From positions 1 to 58,218 of the forward strand of contig CAYZYX010000006.1 of assembly GCA_964482715.1 (NCBI GenBank): a stretch of DNA of 58,218 nt, given 5' to 3'. The notes beneath the pieces are model-generated. The model had not been told where the DNA came from, did no database searches, and was given only the letters and a program-made list of their open reading frames with translations. Numbering within the stretch: the stretch's first letter is position 1; each line of letters begins with the position of its first letter. Positions 10,174 through 20,303 of the stretch are shown here, piece after piece. Made by a program: the position numbers and the translations under genes. Origin of the DNA: an uncultured Clostridia bacterium. GTDB taxonomy: Bacteria > Aerophobota > Aerophobia > Aerophobales > B3-G15.

Positions 10174-11434
10174 TTGACTTTTCAATTACCCTTATTCCAT
10201 CCATGTAGGGCCAGAGAACTTCAGGTAAATGAACTCTTCCTTTTTCATCCTGAAAGTTCTCCAGAATGGCTACCACACATCGTCCAACAGCAAGACCAGA
10301 CCCATTAAGAGTATGCACATACCTTGTTTCACCGGTTGTATCTTCTCTATACCTTATAGCCGCTCTGCGAGACTGGTAACTTTCAAAGTTTGAACACGTG
10401 GAGATCTCAAGCCATCTCTGTTGGCTTGGGAGCCAGACTTCAATATCATATCCAAAAGCGGCAGCAAAGCCGAGTTCTTCTCCGCAGAGCTTTACCACTC
10501 GATAGGGAAGCTGGAGCTTTTTCAAAACCTCCTCGGCATCCTTAAGTAACTGCTCAAGCTGGCTATAGGATGTTTCAGGAGTGGTAAATTTAACCAGTTC
10601 CACTTTGTTAAACTGATGAACTCTTATCAAACCCTGGATTTTCTTACCATAAGCACCTGCTTCTCTGCGAAAACAAGGTGTGTATGCTGTATAAGAGAGA
10701 GGAAGTTCTTTTTCTTTCAGGATTTCCTCTCGATGGAGATTAGTTACAGGAACTTCAGCGGTAGGAACAAGATAAAAGTCATCTTTTTCGCACTTATAAA
10801 GTTCTTCTCTGAACTTGGGCAGCTGTGCGGTCCCAATTGTTGAGGCGGTATTGGTCATAAAGGGAGGCAAAATTTCTTCATAGCCCTGCTTTATATGTAA
10901 ATCCAGCATAAAATTAATTAAGGCTCTTTCTAATCTGGCTCCTAACCCTCTTGATACTATAAATCCGCTTCCTGTGATCTTGGCACCTCTCTTAAAATCC
11001 AGTATTCCCAATTGTTCCCCAAGTTCCTGGTGATTTTTGATCGGAAAGTGAAATTCAGGAATCTGTCCCCATCTTCTAACTTCCTGGTTTTCACCCTCAG
11101 GAACGTCAGGATGTAACCGATTAGGTAGATTTAAAAGAAAATTCTGGACTTTCTCTTCGAGCTGTTTTCTTTTCCTTTCCCATTTTTTAATTTCTGCCGC
11201 AAGCTCCTGTGTTTCCAGAATTAAAGAACTTACATCTTCTCCTTTACTTTTAAGTTCCCCTATTTGCCTGGACTTTTTATTTTGAATGTGTTTTAACTCG
11301 TCGGTTTTTTTTATGCAGTTCCTTCTTTCCCCATCCCAGGCAAGTAATACCTCAAGGTCGGCCTGGAATTTTCTTTTAGCAAGACAACTTCTCATGAAAT
11401 CCACGTTTTCTCTAATCCACTTAATACTTAACAT
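10160..11434 (-). CDS. serS: Serine--tRNA ligase
   Basis: PTAEVP, CFRREAG, GLIRVHQFNKVE, HTLNGSGLA. Confidence 0.98.
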   Translation of the reverse strand: MLSIKWIRENVDFMRSCLAKRKFQADLEVLLAWDGERRNCIKKTDELKHIQNKKSRQIGELKSKGEDVSSLILETQELAAEIKKWERKRKQLEEKVQNFLLNLPNRLHPDVPEGENQEVRRWGQIPEFHFPIKNHQELGEQLGILDFKRGAKITGSGFIVSRGLGARLERALINFMLDLHIKQGYEEILPPFMTNTASTIGTAQLPKFREELYKCEKDDFYLVPTAEVPVTNLHREEILKEKELPLSYTAYTPCFRREAGAYGKKIQGLIRVHQFNKVELVKFTTPETSYSQLEQLLKDAEEVLKKLQLPYRVVKLCGEELGFAAAFGYDIEVWLPSQQRWLEISTCSNFESYQSRRAAIRYREDTTGETRYVHTLNGSGLAVGRCVVAILENFQDEKGRVHLPEVLWPYMDGIRVIEKSITQV

Positions 11435-11453
11435 TCCGTAACCCCTTTTCTTT

Positions 11454-12314
11454 TTAGTTGTTAGAGAGATATTGGAGTGGGTCTACAGGTTTTCCATTTT
11501 CGTCTCTAATTTCAAAATGAAGCTTTATTTCATCAGTCCCTGTATTGCCTATTCTGGCAATAACATCTCCTTTTTTTACCACATCTCCAACTTCAACCAG
11601 ATTAACCGAATTGTGCATGTAACAGGTAAATATTTTAAGTTCCGGATGTTCAATTATTACAGTCTTCCCATAACCGCGCAACCATCCACTAAAATATACC
11701 TTCCCATCAGCAGGAGTAATAATTGCTGTCCCCTCAGGTGCAAAAATATCAATACCGGTTCCAGATTCACTGTATTTATAGCGAGCAAGATCTTTATTCA
11801 CCGGCCAGCTCATGTTTATAGTTATTTGTTTTCTTTTTTCCAGTTTACCTTTGCTGTGTTCAAATTGAAAGGAAATATCCTCTTTGAGGATGAGTTCTTC
11901 GGGTACCTTGATATTTTTAACACGGGTGGCACCTGGAATAAATATTTTTTGCCCCTCTTTAATGTTATCCGGATCCGATATGCGGTTCAACCTTATTACT
12001 TCTTCCATATCAACTCCATAGGTTTTGCATATCCGCCACAAATACTCCCCTCTTTTTACCGGATGGTAGATTCCCCTGATTTTGACGGAGATAATCAACT
12101 TTTGACCGGGGTAAATCCTGTCACTTTTGAGCCTGTTTTTCTTTTTTATTTCCTTTATGGAAACACTGTACTGTTTACTTATATCATACAAGGTATCACC
12201 TTTTTGAACTATGTGATAACGATAGTAAGTAAGCACTGCTGCCTGAGTAAAAGAGCAAAAACCTCCCCACCAGCTGGCTATAAAAATGATTAAAAATATT
12301 TTTGTTATTTTCAT
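11454..12314 (-). CDS. NlpD-like protein, two LysM domains plus degenerate M23 domain
   Basis: Signal peptide, LysM repeats (YHIVQKGDTL, YHPVKRGEYL), GIDI...LHFEIR; first Zn-ligand His absent. Confidence 0.88.
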   Translation of the reverse strand: MKITKIFLIIFIASWWGGFCSFTQAAVLTYYRYHIVQKGDTLYDISKQYSVSIKEIKKKNRLKSDRIYPGQKLIISVKIRGIYHPVKRGEYLWRICKTYGVDMEEVIRLNRISDPDNIKEGQKIFIPGATRVKNIKVPEELILKEDISFQFEHSKGKLEKRKQITINMSWPVNKDLARYKYSESGTGIDIFAPEGTAIITPADGKVYFSGWLRGYGKTVIIEHPELKIFTCYMHNSVNLVEVGDVVKKGDVIARIGNTGTDEIKLHFEIRDENGKPVDPLQYLSNN

Positions 12315-12334
12315 CCCCTTGCCTTCTACCTTGT

Positions 12335-12413
12335 TGGTCGGGATGGGGGGATTTGAACCCCCGACCTCCTCGTCCCGAACGAGGCGCGCTGGACCAGACT
12401 GCGCTACATCCCG
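12335..12413 (-). tRNA. tRNA-Pro(CGG)
   Basis: Reverse complement CGGGATGTAGCGCAG...CCTCG-TTCGGGA-CGAGG...GGTTCAAATCC...CCCGACCA. Confidence 0.96.
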
Positions 12414-12886
12414 CTTAAAAGTTTCCCTATTTCAAAAAATCCTGTTACAGCAAAAAGAACTATAAATCCTGCAAGACAAATTCCAGCAAAAATAGCGGGA
12501 AAAGCATATTTAACTGGAATAGAAAGAAGAGCACTGATCAAGCTTCCCGTCCAGGCTCCTGTCATGGGAAGTGGCACCATAACGACGAATATTATTCCGT
12601 AAATCCCGTATTTTTGAATTGTTTTTTGTTTCGAGAAAGCTTTTTTTTCGATAATTTCCAGAACCCCTTTAAGCCATTTGTATCTTTTTATTAGTTTAAT
12701 AAAAGATTTAAGACCTATCAAGAGAGGGAGTACCGGTATAGTATTTCCAATGACACTAATTAAATAAGCCCGAAATGGTGAAAGTCCTTGAGATAGAGCA
12801 AGAGGCAGACCCCCTCTAAGTTCACTTACAGGAAGCATGCTGATAAAAAAGGGTAAAAAATAGGAATAAAAAGTTTGCTTATTCAC
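12404..12886 (-). CDS. Small multidrug export-family membrane protein (COG2426-like)
   Basis: SMLPVSELRGGLP and VPLPMTGAWTG motifs; hydrophobic. Confidence 0.88.
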   Translation of the reverse strand: MNKQTFYSYFLPFFISMLPVSELRGGLPLALSQGLSPFRAYLISVIGNTIPVLPLLIGLKSFIKLIKRYKWLKGVLEIIEKKAFSKQKTIQKYGIYGIIFVVMVPLPMTGAWTGSLISALLSIPVKYAFPAIFAGICLAGFIVLFAVTGFFEIGKLLSGM

Positions 12887-13532
12887 GTTCTTCCTCCCAG
12901 CCGTACTGACCTATCAGGGGAACAAATACACATCTCTCAACGGTTTTACTTTTCAATCTACCTCCCTTTTTCTTTTCTACTACTCTAAGTTCCTGAGAAT
13001 ATGGATCTCCTACCGGAATTACCATGATTCCTCCATCATTCAACTGGTTGAGGAGAGGAGGAGGGATGTCTTTTGCCCCAGCAGTAACTATTATACGGTC
13101 ATAGGGAGCAAACTCCTGTAGCCCGACTGTTCCATTACCGACAAAAATTTTAACATTTTCGTAACCCAGCTCTTTAAGCAATCTTCTGGCTTTATTGGCC
13201 AGGGAGGGGATTCTCTCCACACTGTAAATCTCTCTGGACAAAAGTGCAAGAATAGCTGTCTGATAGCCAGATCCGGTACCAATTTCTAAAACTTTTTCCT
13301 GACCATTTAATTTCAAACATTGAGTCATTAATGCCACCATATAAGGTTGAGAAATTGTTTGCCCTTCGCCTATAGATAAAGGAAAATCACCGTAAGCATC
13401 TTCCCTAACTGAGGGAGGAACAAATTTTTCCCTTTCCACTTTAAGAAAAGCTTCCAGCACCTTTTTATCTTTTATTCCCCTTGGGATAAGTTGGTTTTTA
13501 ACCATTTGCTCCCGCAATTTCTTATAACCCAT
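12879..13532 (-). CDS. pcm: Protein-L-isoaspartate O-methyltransferase
   Basis: GQTISQPY, VLEIGTGSGYQ, FVPLIG; start moved to ATG 13532 because a TTGACA/TAAAAT promoter lies in the longer ORF extension. Confidence 0.95.
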   Translation of the reverse strand: MGYKKLREQMVKNQLIPRGIKDKKVLEAFLKVEREKFVPPSVREDAYGDFPLSIGEGQTISQPYMVALMTQCLKLNGQEKVLEIGTGSGYQTAILALLSREIYSVERIPSLANKARRLLKELGYENVKIFVGNGTVGLQEFAPYDRIIVTAGAKDIPPPLLNQLNDGGIMVIPVGDPYSQELRVVEKKKGGRLKSKTVERCVFVPLIGQYGWEEERE

Positions 13533-13591
13533 TTTGCACCTGTCACATAATTTTACAATACACAGCATAACTGTCAAAAGTGGCTTTTAGA

Positions 13592-14107
13592 TCAGTTTTT
13601 CGCTTTAGAAGAACGATTCTGGAATTTTTTTAACTTTTTGTCCTTTATAAGAATTCTTCGTAAAAGTTCTCGTAAACTCTCATCTTTGACATTTTTAACA
13701 GTATTTTCTATCCAGTTTAAATCTTTCTGGCTTAATCTTATCTTACGCAAATTAGGAGCCAATTTACCTTTTTTCCTTTGAGGATAAACTTTTCCCAGGC
13801 TAAGGTAAATATCACGGATTACTTCACTTCCCGCTTTTCGATTGAGTTCAGAGATGATTTTTTCTTTAAAATAGGTTATTTGTGCAAGCCATCCAGAACT
13901 GTCCACCTTGACAAAAAGGTTACCTTTGCGCACAGCAACTGGACAGGAATGGCGGGCCAGGGTTTTGCCAACAATTTCTTTCCAGTGTTTTAAGATACGA
14001 AGTTGCTTTATCTTATTGTCTATACCAAGACGTGAGAGTACTTCCTCCAGAATTTCTCCTACAGGAGAAGGTGGATTATCCATGGTCTTTAACCTCGACA
14101 TTTCCAT
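13592..14107 (-). CDS. DUF721/DciA family helicase-loader-like protein (start may be 14083)
   Basis: W.EIVG..LA.HS.P...L.V.V.SS.W pattern, directly after recF. Confidence 0.85.
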   Translation of the reverse strand: MEMSRLKTMDNPPSPVGEILEEVLSRLGIDNKIKQLRILKHWKEIVGKTLARHSCPVAVRKGNLFVKVDSSGWLAQITYFKEKIISELNRKAGSEVIRDIYLSLGKVYPQRKKGKLAPNLRKIRLSQKDLNWIENTVKNVKDESLRELLRRILIKDKKLKKFQNRSSKAKN

Positions 14108-15209
14108 TTTTTAAATGGAAAATCAAACTTTCATTTAAGATAGCCTTGTTTAATCTTGATAGGTCTTGACAGGTCAAAAAAACCTGACCCATACTTTTTA
14201 TTTTTTTTAACAGAAATTTTTCTCGTTCACAGTCGAGGTCAGAAGTGATGTCATCTAACAAAACCAATGGGGCTTCTTTTTGAGCTTCCCTGATTAGCTC
14301 TGCTTCCACCAATCGTAGACCGATAGCAACGACTCTTTGTTCACCCTGAGAACCAAAATTTCTAAGGTCAACACCATTCACAAAAATCTTAAATTCATCC
14401 CGATGAGGACCAATTAAAGTAATTCCGCTTTCTATCTCCCTTTGCCTAATCCTTGAAAGTTGAAAGGTAAAAAGCTCATTTATGGAATCTAAAGAAATTT
14501 TATCAGTTTCTCCATTTATAAAAGAACACTGATAAACAAGCTTACAGGAAACCTTTTTACCCATGAGCTGATTCAGGGTGTCTTTTAATCTTAAGGAAAG
14601 TTCTTTTGACATTTGAATACGAAGGTAAACTATTTTTGAGCCAAATTTGACCAGCTGAAAATCCCAGCTGTCCAGAAGTTTTTTACTGTTTTTACCTTTT
14701 TTTAACTGGTTAAGCACCATGTTCCTCTGATTTAGCACTCTGTTAAAGGATAACTTGAGATAATTGAACTCAGGATAGCTGAAGGAGAGTACCTCATCTA
14801 TGAAACTTCTTCGATAAAAAGGACCACTCTGAACTATCTTCATGTCCTGACTTGTAAATATAACTGGCCAGAGCCACCATTTGCTGTTTTTGAGTGAAAC
14901 AGCGTGAGAATTTACCTTCCTCCTTTTAGATTCGGTTTTCCCCAGTGAAAATTCGTATTTCAGGAAATTACCCTGCTTTTCCCCCTCCCCCTTAAGATAA
15001 AGATTTTTTTCTCCCCACTTTATCAGTCTCTGTTCCCTGGAAGTTCTAAAAGATAACCCTCTCGTTAAACAGTAAATCGCCTCCAGTAAATTGGTTTTCC
15101 CCTCACCATTTTTTCCTTCAAAAATATTTACACCGGGAGAAAATCTAAGATTAAGGTGAGAGAAATTCCTAAAATTTGTAACCTGAAGATTCCTTAACCA
15201 CAATAACAA
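14076..15209 (-). CDS. recF: DNA replication/repair protein RecF
   Basis: NFRN, GKNGEGKTNLLEAI, GPHRD, GSQGEQR, LLDD. Confidence 0.96.
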   Translation of the reverse strand: MLLWLRNLQVTNFRNFSHLNLRFSPGVNIFEGKNGEGKTNLLEAIYCLTRGLSFRTSREQRLIKWGEKNLYLKGEGEKQGNFLKYEFSLGKTESKRRKVNSHAVSLKNSKWWLWPVIFTSQDMKIVQSGPFYRRSFIDEVLSFSYPEFNYLKLSFNRVLNQRNMVLNQLKKGKNSKKLLDSWDFQLVKFGSKIVYLRIQMSKELSLRLKDTLNQLMGKKVSCKLVYQCSFINGETDKISLDSINELFTFQLSRIRQREIESGITLIGPHRDEFKIFVNGVDLRNFGSQGEQRVVAIGLRLVEAELIREAQKEAPLVLLDDITSDLDCEREKFLLKKIKSMGQVFLTCQDLSRLNKAILNESLIFHLKNGNVEVKDHG

Positions 15210-15235
15210 GACCCTGTTCTCTTTGCAAATGATAT

Positions 15236-16348
15236 TTAATCCCTTAATTTAACGGGCATAAGGATATAAAGATAATTTTGAGATTCTACAGGCTGGAAAA
15301 CCCCGGGAGATTCGTTGTCTATAAGATGCACTTCCACTAAATCTTCCTCCATTATTCTTAAAGCTTCTAAAAGAAATGTGGCGTTAAATCCAATTTCTAT
15401 TTCCTCTTTTTGTTCAGTTAAAACCGAAAGTTCCTGGTAAGCACTTCCCAGTCTTGCCGAGGTGGTGTTAATTAGTAGACTATCACCCTTCAAGGTAAAT
15501 TTTACCAGGCGAGTCTGCTGTTCGGTTAAAAGTGACACCCGTCTTATGGCCGCCATAAGCTCTTCTCTTTTAGCTTTGAAAGAAATTCTATAATCTCTGG
15601 GAATTACTCCCTGATAGTCAGGAAACCTGGCATCAATTAGTTGAGAGAAAAAGGAAAAATTATGGGTTTGAAAAAACACTCTGTTTTGCTCTACCCCTAC
15701 CTTCACCTCTCCCTCTTTCTCCAGAATTTTGGTAAGTTCTCTTACTGCTCTTAGAGGTATCAAAATCTGGAAAGGTTCGGAGATTTGAAGATCAGAAACG
15801 GTTAAAAGTGAAAGGCGACGTCCATCAGTGGCCACAGCTTTTAAGATAGCTGTGGCTTTTTGCTCCGGAAATGTTGTTTCTAAAAATACACAGTTAAGAT
15901 TCTGTCTTACCTCATCCTGCCCTGCAGAAAACATGGTTTTTTCAAAAATCATTCTCAGTACCTGCTGAGGAAGGGTGAAAACAGGTTTTAAAGGAGCAGG
16001 AGTTTCAGGGAAATCCTCTCCTGGAAGCCCCAGCAAAGAAAAGAAAATCTGTTCCATTTTTATTAAACCTTCAGAATCCCTGGTTTCCAAACTGAGCTGG
16101 CCAGGTGGAAGTTCTCTTAAGATGGAAAAAAGTTTTACACCCGGGAGACAGATATTTCCTTCTTCCTCGACATCTGCCTCAAAATTGGAGTAAATTGTAC
16201 TCTCCAGATTGGTAGCAATTACCTCTCCACCCTTTTCTTTTGCCAGAATAAGAACATGAGAAAGAACAGGAAGAGCGGTACTGGTGAGTGCATTCTGGAC
16301 GGTTCGTACCGCTTGTAGAAGATCATCTCTATTACAGATAATTTTCAC
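15236..16348 (-). CDS. dnaN: DNA polymerase III beta clamp
   Basis: ATNLE, ATDGRRL, FPDY, IGFNA.FL, YILMPV. Confidence 0.96.
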   Translation of the reverse strand: MKIICNRDDLLQAVRTVQNALTSTALPVLSHVLILAKEKGGEVIATNLESTIYSNFEADVEEEGNICLPGVKLFSILRELPPGQLSLETRDSEGLIKMEQIFFSLLGLPGEDFPETPAPLKPVFTLPQQVLRMIFEKTMFSAGQDEVRQNLNCVFLETTFPEQKATAILKAVATDGRRLSLLTVSDLQISEPFQILIPLRAVRELTKILEKEGEVKVGVEQNRVFFQTHNFSFFSQLIDARFPDYQGVIPRDYRISFKAKREELMAAIRRVSLLTEQQTRLVKFTLKGDSLLINTTSARLGSAYQELSVLTEQKEEIEIGFNATFLLEALRIMEEDLVEVHLIDNESPGVFQPVESQNYLYILMPVKLRD

Positions 16349-16375
16349 CTTCGGTTTCCTCCTTAGTATCTTTTT

Positions 16376-17908
16376 TCACATCCCGACAACTTCGCTTAAT
16401 TGGTCAAAATGATCAACCAGAGCAGGATAAAGAGAATGGTAAATCTGATAATATTTTTCGTATAACTTAATATTTTTCAGATTTGGTTTAATGCTGGTAG
16501 ACACCTTGATAGTGCTTTCACAGGCTTCTTCCACTGTGCTGTACACACCACTTCCCACCCCCGCTAAAAGAGCCGCCCCGAAAGCAGCACCTTCAGTAAC
16601 ATTTACAGTTTCAACTTCCAGATTATAAATATCAGCCTGAATCTGTCGCCAGAGCTTTGATTTTGCACCTCCACCTGATGCTCTTACCTTACTGGCGGAA
16701 ATTCCCATTTTTACAATAATCTCAAGGCAGTCTTTCATTCCAAAAGTTACCCCTTCAACTACAGCTCTTATAAGATGCTCTTTTTTATGGCGCAGATTTA
16801 ATCCAAAAAACACACCCCGGGCATGAGGGTTGGGGTAAGGACTCCTCTCTCCTGAAAGATAGGGAAGAAAGAGCAGGCCTTCTGCCCCTGGCGGGATTTT
16901 ACCAGCTTTCTCTAAAAGAATCTCGTAAGGATCAACTCCCTTTTTTCTGGCCTCTTCTTTTTCCACTTCACCCAGACTATCTCTGAACCATCTTAAGGAA
17001 CCTCCAGCCGAAAGCATAACTCCCATAACATGCCACTTTTCCGGTACAGCATGACAGAAAGTGTGAACTCTTCCCTCCTGGTCAATTTTTACTTCAGGAC
17101 TAAAGGCAAAAACTACTCCTGATGTCCCAATCGTACTGGAAATCATTCCTTTTTTAACAATACCATTACCCACCGCACCTGCAGCCTGATCTCCTCCTCC
17201 CCCCACAACTGGAGTGCCAGGATTAAGTCCGGTTAACTGCGAAGCTTTTCTGGTTATACTACCTGTGATCTGAGGCGATTCATAGCAGGAAGGCATGAGT
17301 TCTTCATCAATTTCCAGTTCAGAAAGAAGTTCCTTTGACCACTTTCTTTTTTTAATATCCAGAAGAAGGGTTCCCGAAGCGTCAGAAACCTCGGTGGCAA
17401 AATCCCCCGTTAAACAAAATCTAACGTAATCCTTGGGAAGAAGGATTTTATAAGTTTGATTATAAATTTCGGGCTCCATCTCCTTCACCCAGAGGATCTT
17501 TCCAGCTGTAAATCCAGTAAGGGCAGGATTGCAGGCAATTTCCATTAATCTCTTTTTGCCTATACGCTGGGTTATGTATTCGCACTGCTTGACAGTCCGC
17601 TGGTCATTCCACAGAATACAGGGACGAAGAACCTTGTAATTTTTATCCAGAAAAACTGACCCATGCATCTGTCCAGAAAGGCCTATTCCCGCAATATCTT
17701 TTCCTTTTAAACCAGCTTTGGTAAGAGCATCCCTTATGGTATTTACAGTGGCCTTCCACCAATCCTCAGGATTTTGTTCTGACCAGGTAGGGTAAGGCAT
17801 GTAAGTTGGATATTCTTCAAAAGATGTAGTAATCAGATTGCCATTTTCATCAATTATCAGAGTCTTGGTTCCTGTAGTTCCTACATCTATTCCCATTAAA
17901 TAAGCCAT
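16376..17908 (-). CDS. xylB: Xylulokinase (FGGY family)
   Basis: GIDVGTTGTK, SGQMHG, WNDQR, LLPKDY, GGGDQAA, PYLSGER. Confidence 0.9.
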   Translation of the reverse strand: MAYLMGIDVGTTGTKTLIIDENGNLITTSFEEYPTYMPYPTWSEQNPEDWWKATVNTIRDALTKAGLKGKDIAGIGLSGQMHGSVFLDKNYKVLRPCILWNDQRTVKQCEYITQRIGKKRLMEIACNPALTGFTAGKILWVKEMEPEIYNQTYKILLPKDYVRFCLTGDFATEVSDASGTLLLDIKKRKWSKELLSELEIDEELMPSCYESPQITGSITRKASQLTGLNPGTPVVGGGGDQAAGAVGNGIVKKGMISSTIGTSGVVFAFSPEVKIDQEGRVHTFCHAVPEKWHVMGVMLSAGGSLRWFRDSLGEVEKEEARKKGVDPYEILLEKAGKIPPGAEGLLFLPYLSGERSPYPNPHARGVFFGLNLRHKKEHLIRAVVEGVTFGMKDCLEIIVKMGISASKVRASGGGAKSKLWRQIQADIYNLEVETVNVTEGAAFGAALLAGVGSGVYSTVEEACESTIKVSTSIKPNLKNIKLYEKYYQIYHSLYPALVDHFDQLSEVVGM

Positions 17909-17918
17909 TTTTTCCCTC

Positions 17919-19007
17919 TTAAAAGATAGATTTTCCGTTTTCTCTGTTAAAAAGGTGCACTTTTTCTTCGTTTATCTTTATCCAGATTTTTTCTCCAGGA
18001 GTTGCTTCAAAATCGGCATCGCTTCTGACTTTTATGTAATGAGCTTTCAACTTCAAACTAACAATCGTCCAGGAACCCATAAGTTCCATCACGTCCATCT
18101 CTGTCTGAATAAATCCCGGTCCTTTTTCTTTGCTTATAGTGATTTCTTCTGGTCTTATTCCAAAGACAAGTTCTGATACCGGGGGTGAAACTTCTTGCAG
18201 TTTCTTTAGTTTTTCTGTTGAAAGAGCAACTTTAAAGATACCCGGACCTACATCTATTGATTTTTTATCCAATCTACAGGGAAGGAAATTCATTCCCGGA
18301 CTACCAAGAAAATTCGCTATAAACATTGTAGAGGGATTATTGTACACTTCAAAGGGAGTTCCTACCTGCTGGATCTTCCCTTCCTTTAAAATAGCTATTC
18401 TATCAGCCATGGATAGAGCTTCGGCCTGATCAGGAGTGGCGTAAAAAAAAGTAGCCCCAATATCAGCTTGCAGTCTCTTCAATTCGGCCCTCATTTCCTC
18501 TCTTAATTTAGCATCCAGATTAGTAAGAGGCTCATCCATCAGAAAAACGCGAGGGTTACGAACTAAAGCTCGTCCCAGAGCAACTCTCTGCATTTCTCCT
18601 CCACTTAGATGCTCGGGCTTACGATGAAGAAGATGAGCTATATGAAGCATATTAGCTGTTCTTTTTACAATCTTCTCTATTTCAATTCTATCCATTCCCC
18701 GAGCTTTTAAGGGGGATGCCATATTATCAAAAACTGTATAGCGGGGATATAAAGAGTAATTTTGAAACACAAAAGCAACATCTCTATCAGCCGGCGATAG
18801 ATGATTGACTTTCTCTTCACCGATATAAATTTCACCTTCCTCTGGATGTTCAAGACCTGCCACTGACCTTAAAGTGGTTGTCTTACCCGCTCCTGTTGGT
18901 CCAAGAAGCACTATTAATTCCCCGTCTTTTATGTGGAGATTTATTTTTTTTATAGCCTCCACATTACCGTATCTCTTACTTACATTTACCAGTCTTACGG
19001 TTGCCAT
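17919..19007 (-). CDS. Sugar ABC transporter ATP-binding subunit (MalK-like) 2
   Basis: GPTGAGKTT, LSGGEMQR, DEPLTNLD, TOBE tail. Confidence 0.93.
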   Translation of the reverse strand: MATVRLVNVSKRYGNVEAIKKINLHIKDGELIVLLGPTGAGKTTTLRSVAGLEHPEEGEIYIGEEKVNHLSPADRDVAFVFQNYSLYPRYTVFDNMASPLKARGMDRIEIEKIVKRTANMLHIAHLLHRKPEHLSGGEMQRVALGRALVRNPRVFLMDEPLTNLDAKLREEMRAELKRLQADIGATFFYATPDQAEALSMADRIAILKEGKIQQVGTPFEVYNNPSTMFIANFLGSPGMNFLPCRLDKKSIDVGPGIFKVALSTEKLKKLQEVSPPVSELVFGIRPEEITISKEKGPGFIQTEMDVMELMGSWTIVSLKLKAHYIKVRSDADFEATPGEKIWIKINEEKVHLFNRENGKSIF

Positions 19008-19023
19008 TTTGTTTTTTTAAAAA

Positions 19024-20109
19024 CTAAATAATATTTTCCTCACTTTCTCTATCAAAAAGTCTAAGTTTACCTTTTTTAATCTTTACCCAGACTTTTTCTC
19101 CTATTTTAGGAAAGAAACTGGGTGCACATCTTGCCTTTATTATACGTTCTCCTATCTTGAGATTAATTATATTTTCTGTCCCCAGAGGTTCAACCACATA
19201 AACAATGGCAGGGATAGTCTCAACCTCTTTTTTGTGAGTAAAAATTATGTCTTCAGGTCTTGCTCCAAGTATCAATTTTTTTCCTTCCAGTTTAGCTTTT
19301 ATCTCATCTTTAATTTGCTCATCAACAGGTAAAACGAAAAGATTCTCCTCTCCCACGAGCTTTCCCTGCTGGAAAGTACAGTTTAAGAAATTCATCCCTG
19401 GACTTCCAATAAAATTGGCCACAAAAAGATTACGTGGATGACTGTAAACTTCCCTGGGGGTTCCTATTTGTTGAACTACTCCAAGATTCATTACCACTAT
19501 TCTATCAGCCATAGATACAGCTTCTGCCTGATCATGAGTGACGTATAAGGTGGTTGTTCCAATATGAGTTTGGAGTCGGCGAAGTTCCAATCTCATTTCC
19601 TCCCTGAATTTAGCATCAAGGTTACTCAAAGGTTCATCGAGGAGAAATACCCTTGGATGACGGACTATAGCTCGGCCAAGAGCCACTCTTTGAGCCTGTC
19701 CACTGGTGAGCTTTCTGGGACTTTTTTCCTTTATATCCTCAATTTTGAGAAGCTTCAATATTCTATTTACTCTTTCTTTAACCTCTTTCTCTGGAATCTT
19801 TTCCGCCCTCAATGGAAAGGCAATATTGTCAAAAACGTTAAGGTAAGGATAAAGAGCGTAGAACTGAAAAACAAAAGCCACATTCCGGTCAGAAGGAGAA
19901 AGGTCATTAACCAGTTCATCATCAAAGTAAATTTCACCTTCATCGGGATGTTCAAGACCAGCAACGCAACGAAGTGTTGTAGTCTTTCCACATCCGGATG
20001 GACCAAGAAGAACTACAAATTCCCCTTCTTCTACTTTAAGGTTTAAATTCTTAACCGCTTCTAAATTCCCAAATCTTTTGGTAAGGTTTTTTATGGTTAT
20101 ACTGGCCAT
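19024..20109 (-). CDS. Sugar ABC transporter ATP-binding subunit (MalK-like) 1
   Basis: GPSGCGKTT, DEPLSNLD, YVTHDQ. Confidence 0.93.
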   Translation of the reverse strand: MASITIKNLTKRFGNLEAVKNLNLKVEEGEFVVLLGPSGCGKTTTLRCVAGLEHPDEGEIYFDDELVNDLSPSDRNVAFVFQFYALYPYLNVFDNIAFPLRAEKIPEKEVKERVNRILKLLKIEDIKEKSPRKLTSGQAQRVALGRAIVRHPRVFLLDEPLSNLDAKFREEMRLELRRLQTHIGTTTLYVTHDQAEAVSMADRIVVMNLGVVQQIGTPREVYSHPRNLFVANFIGSPGMNFLNCTFQQGKLVGEENLFVLPVDEQIKDEIKAKLEGKKLILGARPEDIIFTHKKEVETIPAIVYVVEPLGTENIINLKIGERIIKARCAPSFFPKIGEKVWVKIKKGKLRLFDRESEENII

Positions 20110-20145
20110 TTTTGTTTTTAAAAAGTGTATAAAAAATTTAAATAT

Positions 20146-20298
20146 TTACAAATGAGACAGCACTATGTAAAGTGCAGCTCCTGCTCCCAAAAAAGCAAAA
20201 CCCCAATGATAAAGCGAAAAGGTAAACGGTTGACACATGCTAAAAATGCCAAAGAGTATGAGAACAACAGAAACTGTGGTTAAATGCCTTTTTAGCAT
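20146..20298 (-). CDS. 50-aa two-TM small protein inside the ABC operon (not in ORF track)
   Basis: ATG 20298 to TAA 20146: MLKRHLTTVSVVLILFGIFSMCQPFTFSLYHWGFAFLGAGAALYIVLSHL; fills the gap between permease and ATPase. Confidence 0.8.
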   Translation of the reverse strand: MLKRHLTTVSVVLILFGIFSMCQPFTFSLYHWGFAFLGAGAALYIVLSHL

Positions 20299-20303
20299 AA
20301 AGC

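Noticed and set aside
11472-12293. 273-aa plus-strand ORF
   Set aside because: Antisense shadow of the LysM/M23 gene; no motifs
16379-16390. CATCCCGACAAC resembling the tRNA-Pro 3' end (att site)
   Set aside because: Short, in inverted orientation, inside the xylB coding end; no integrase
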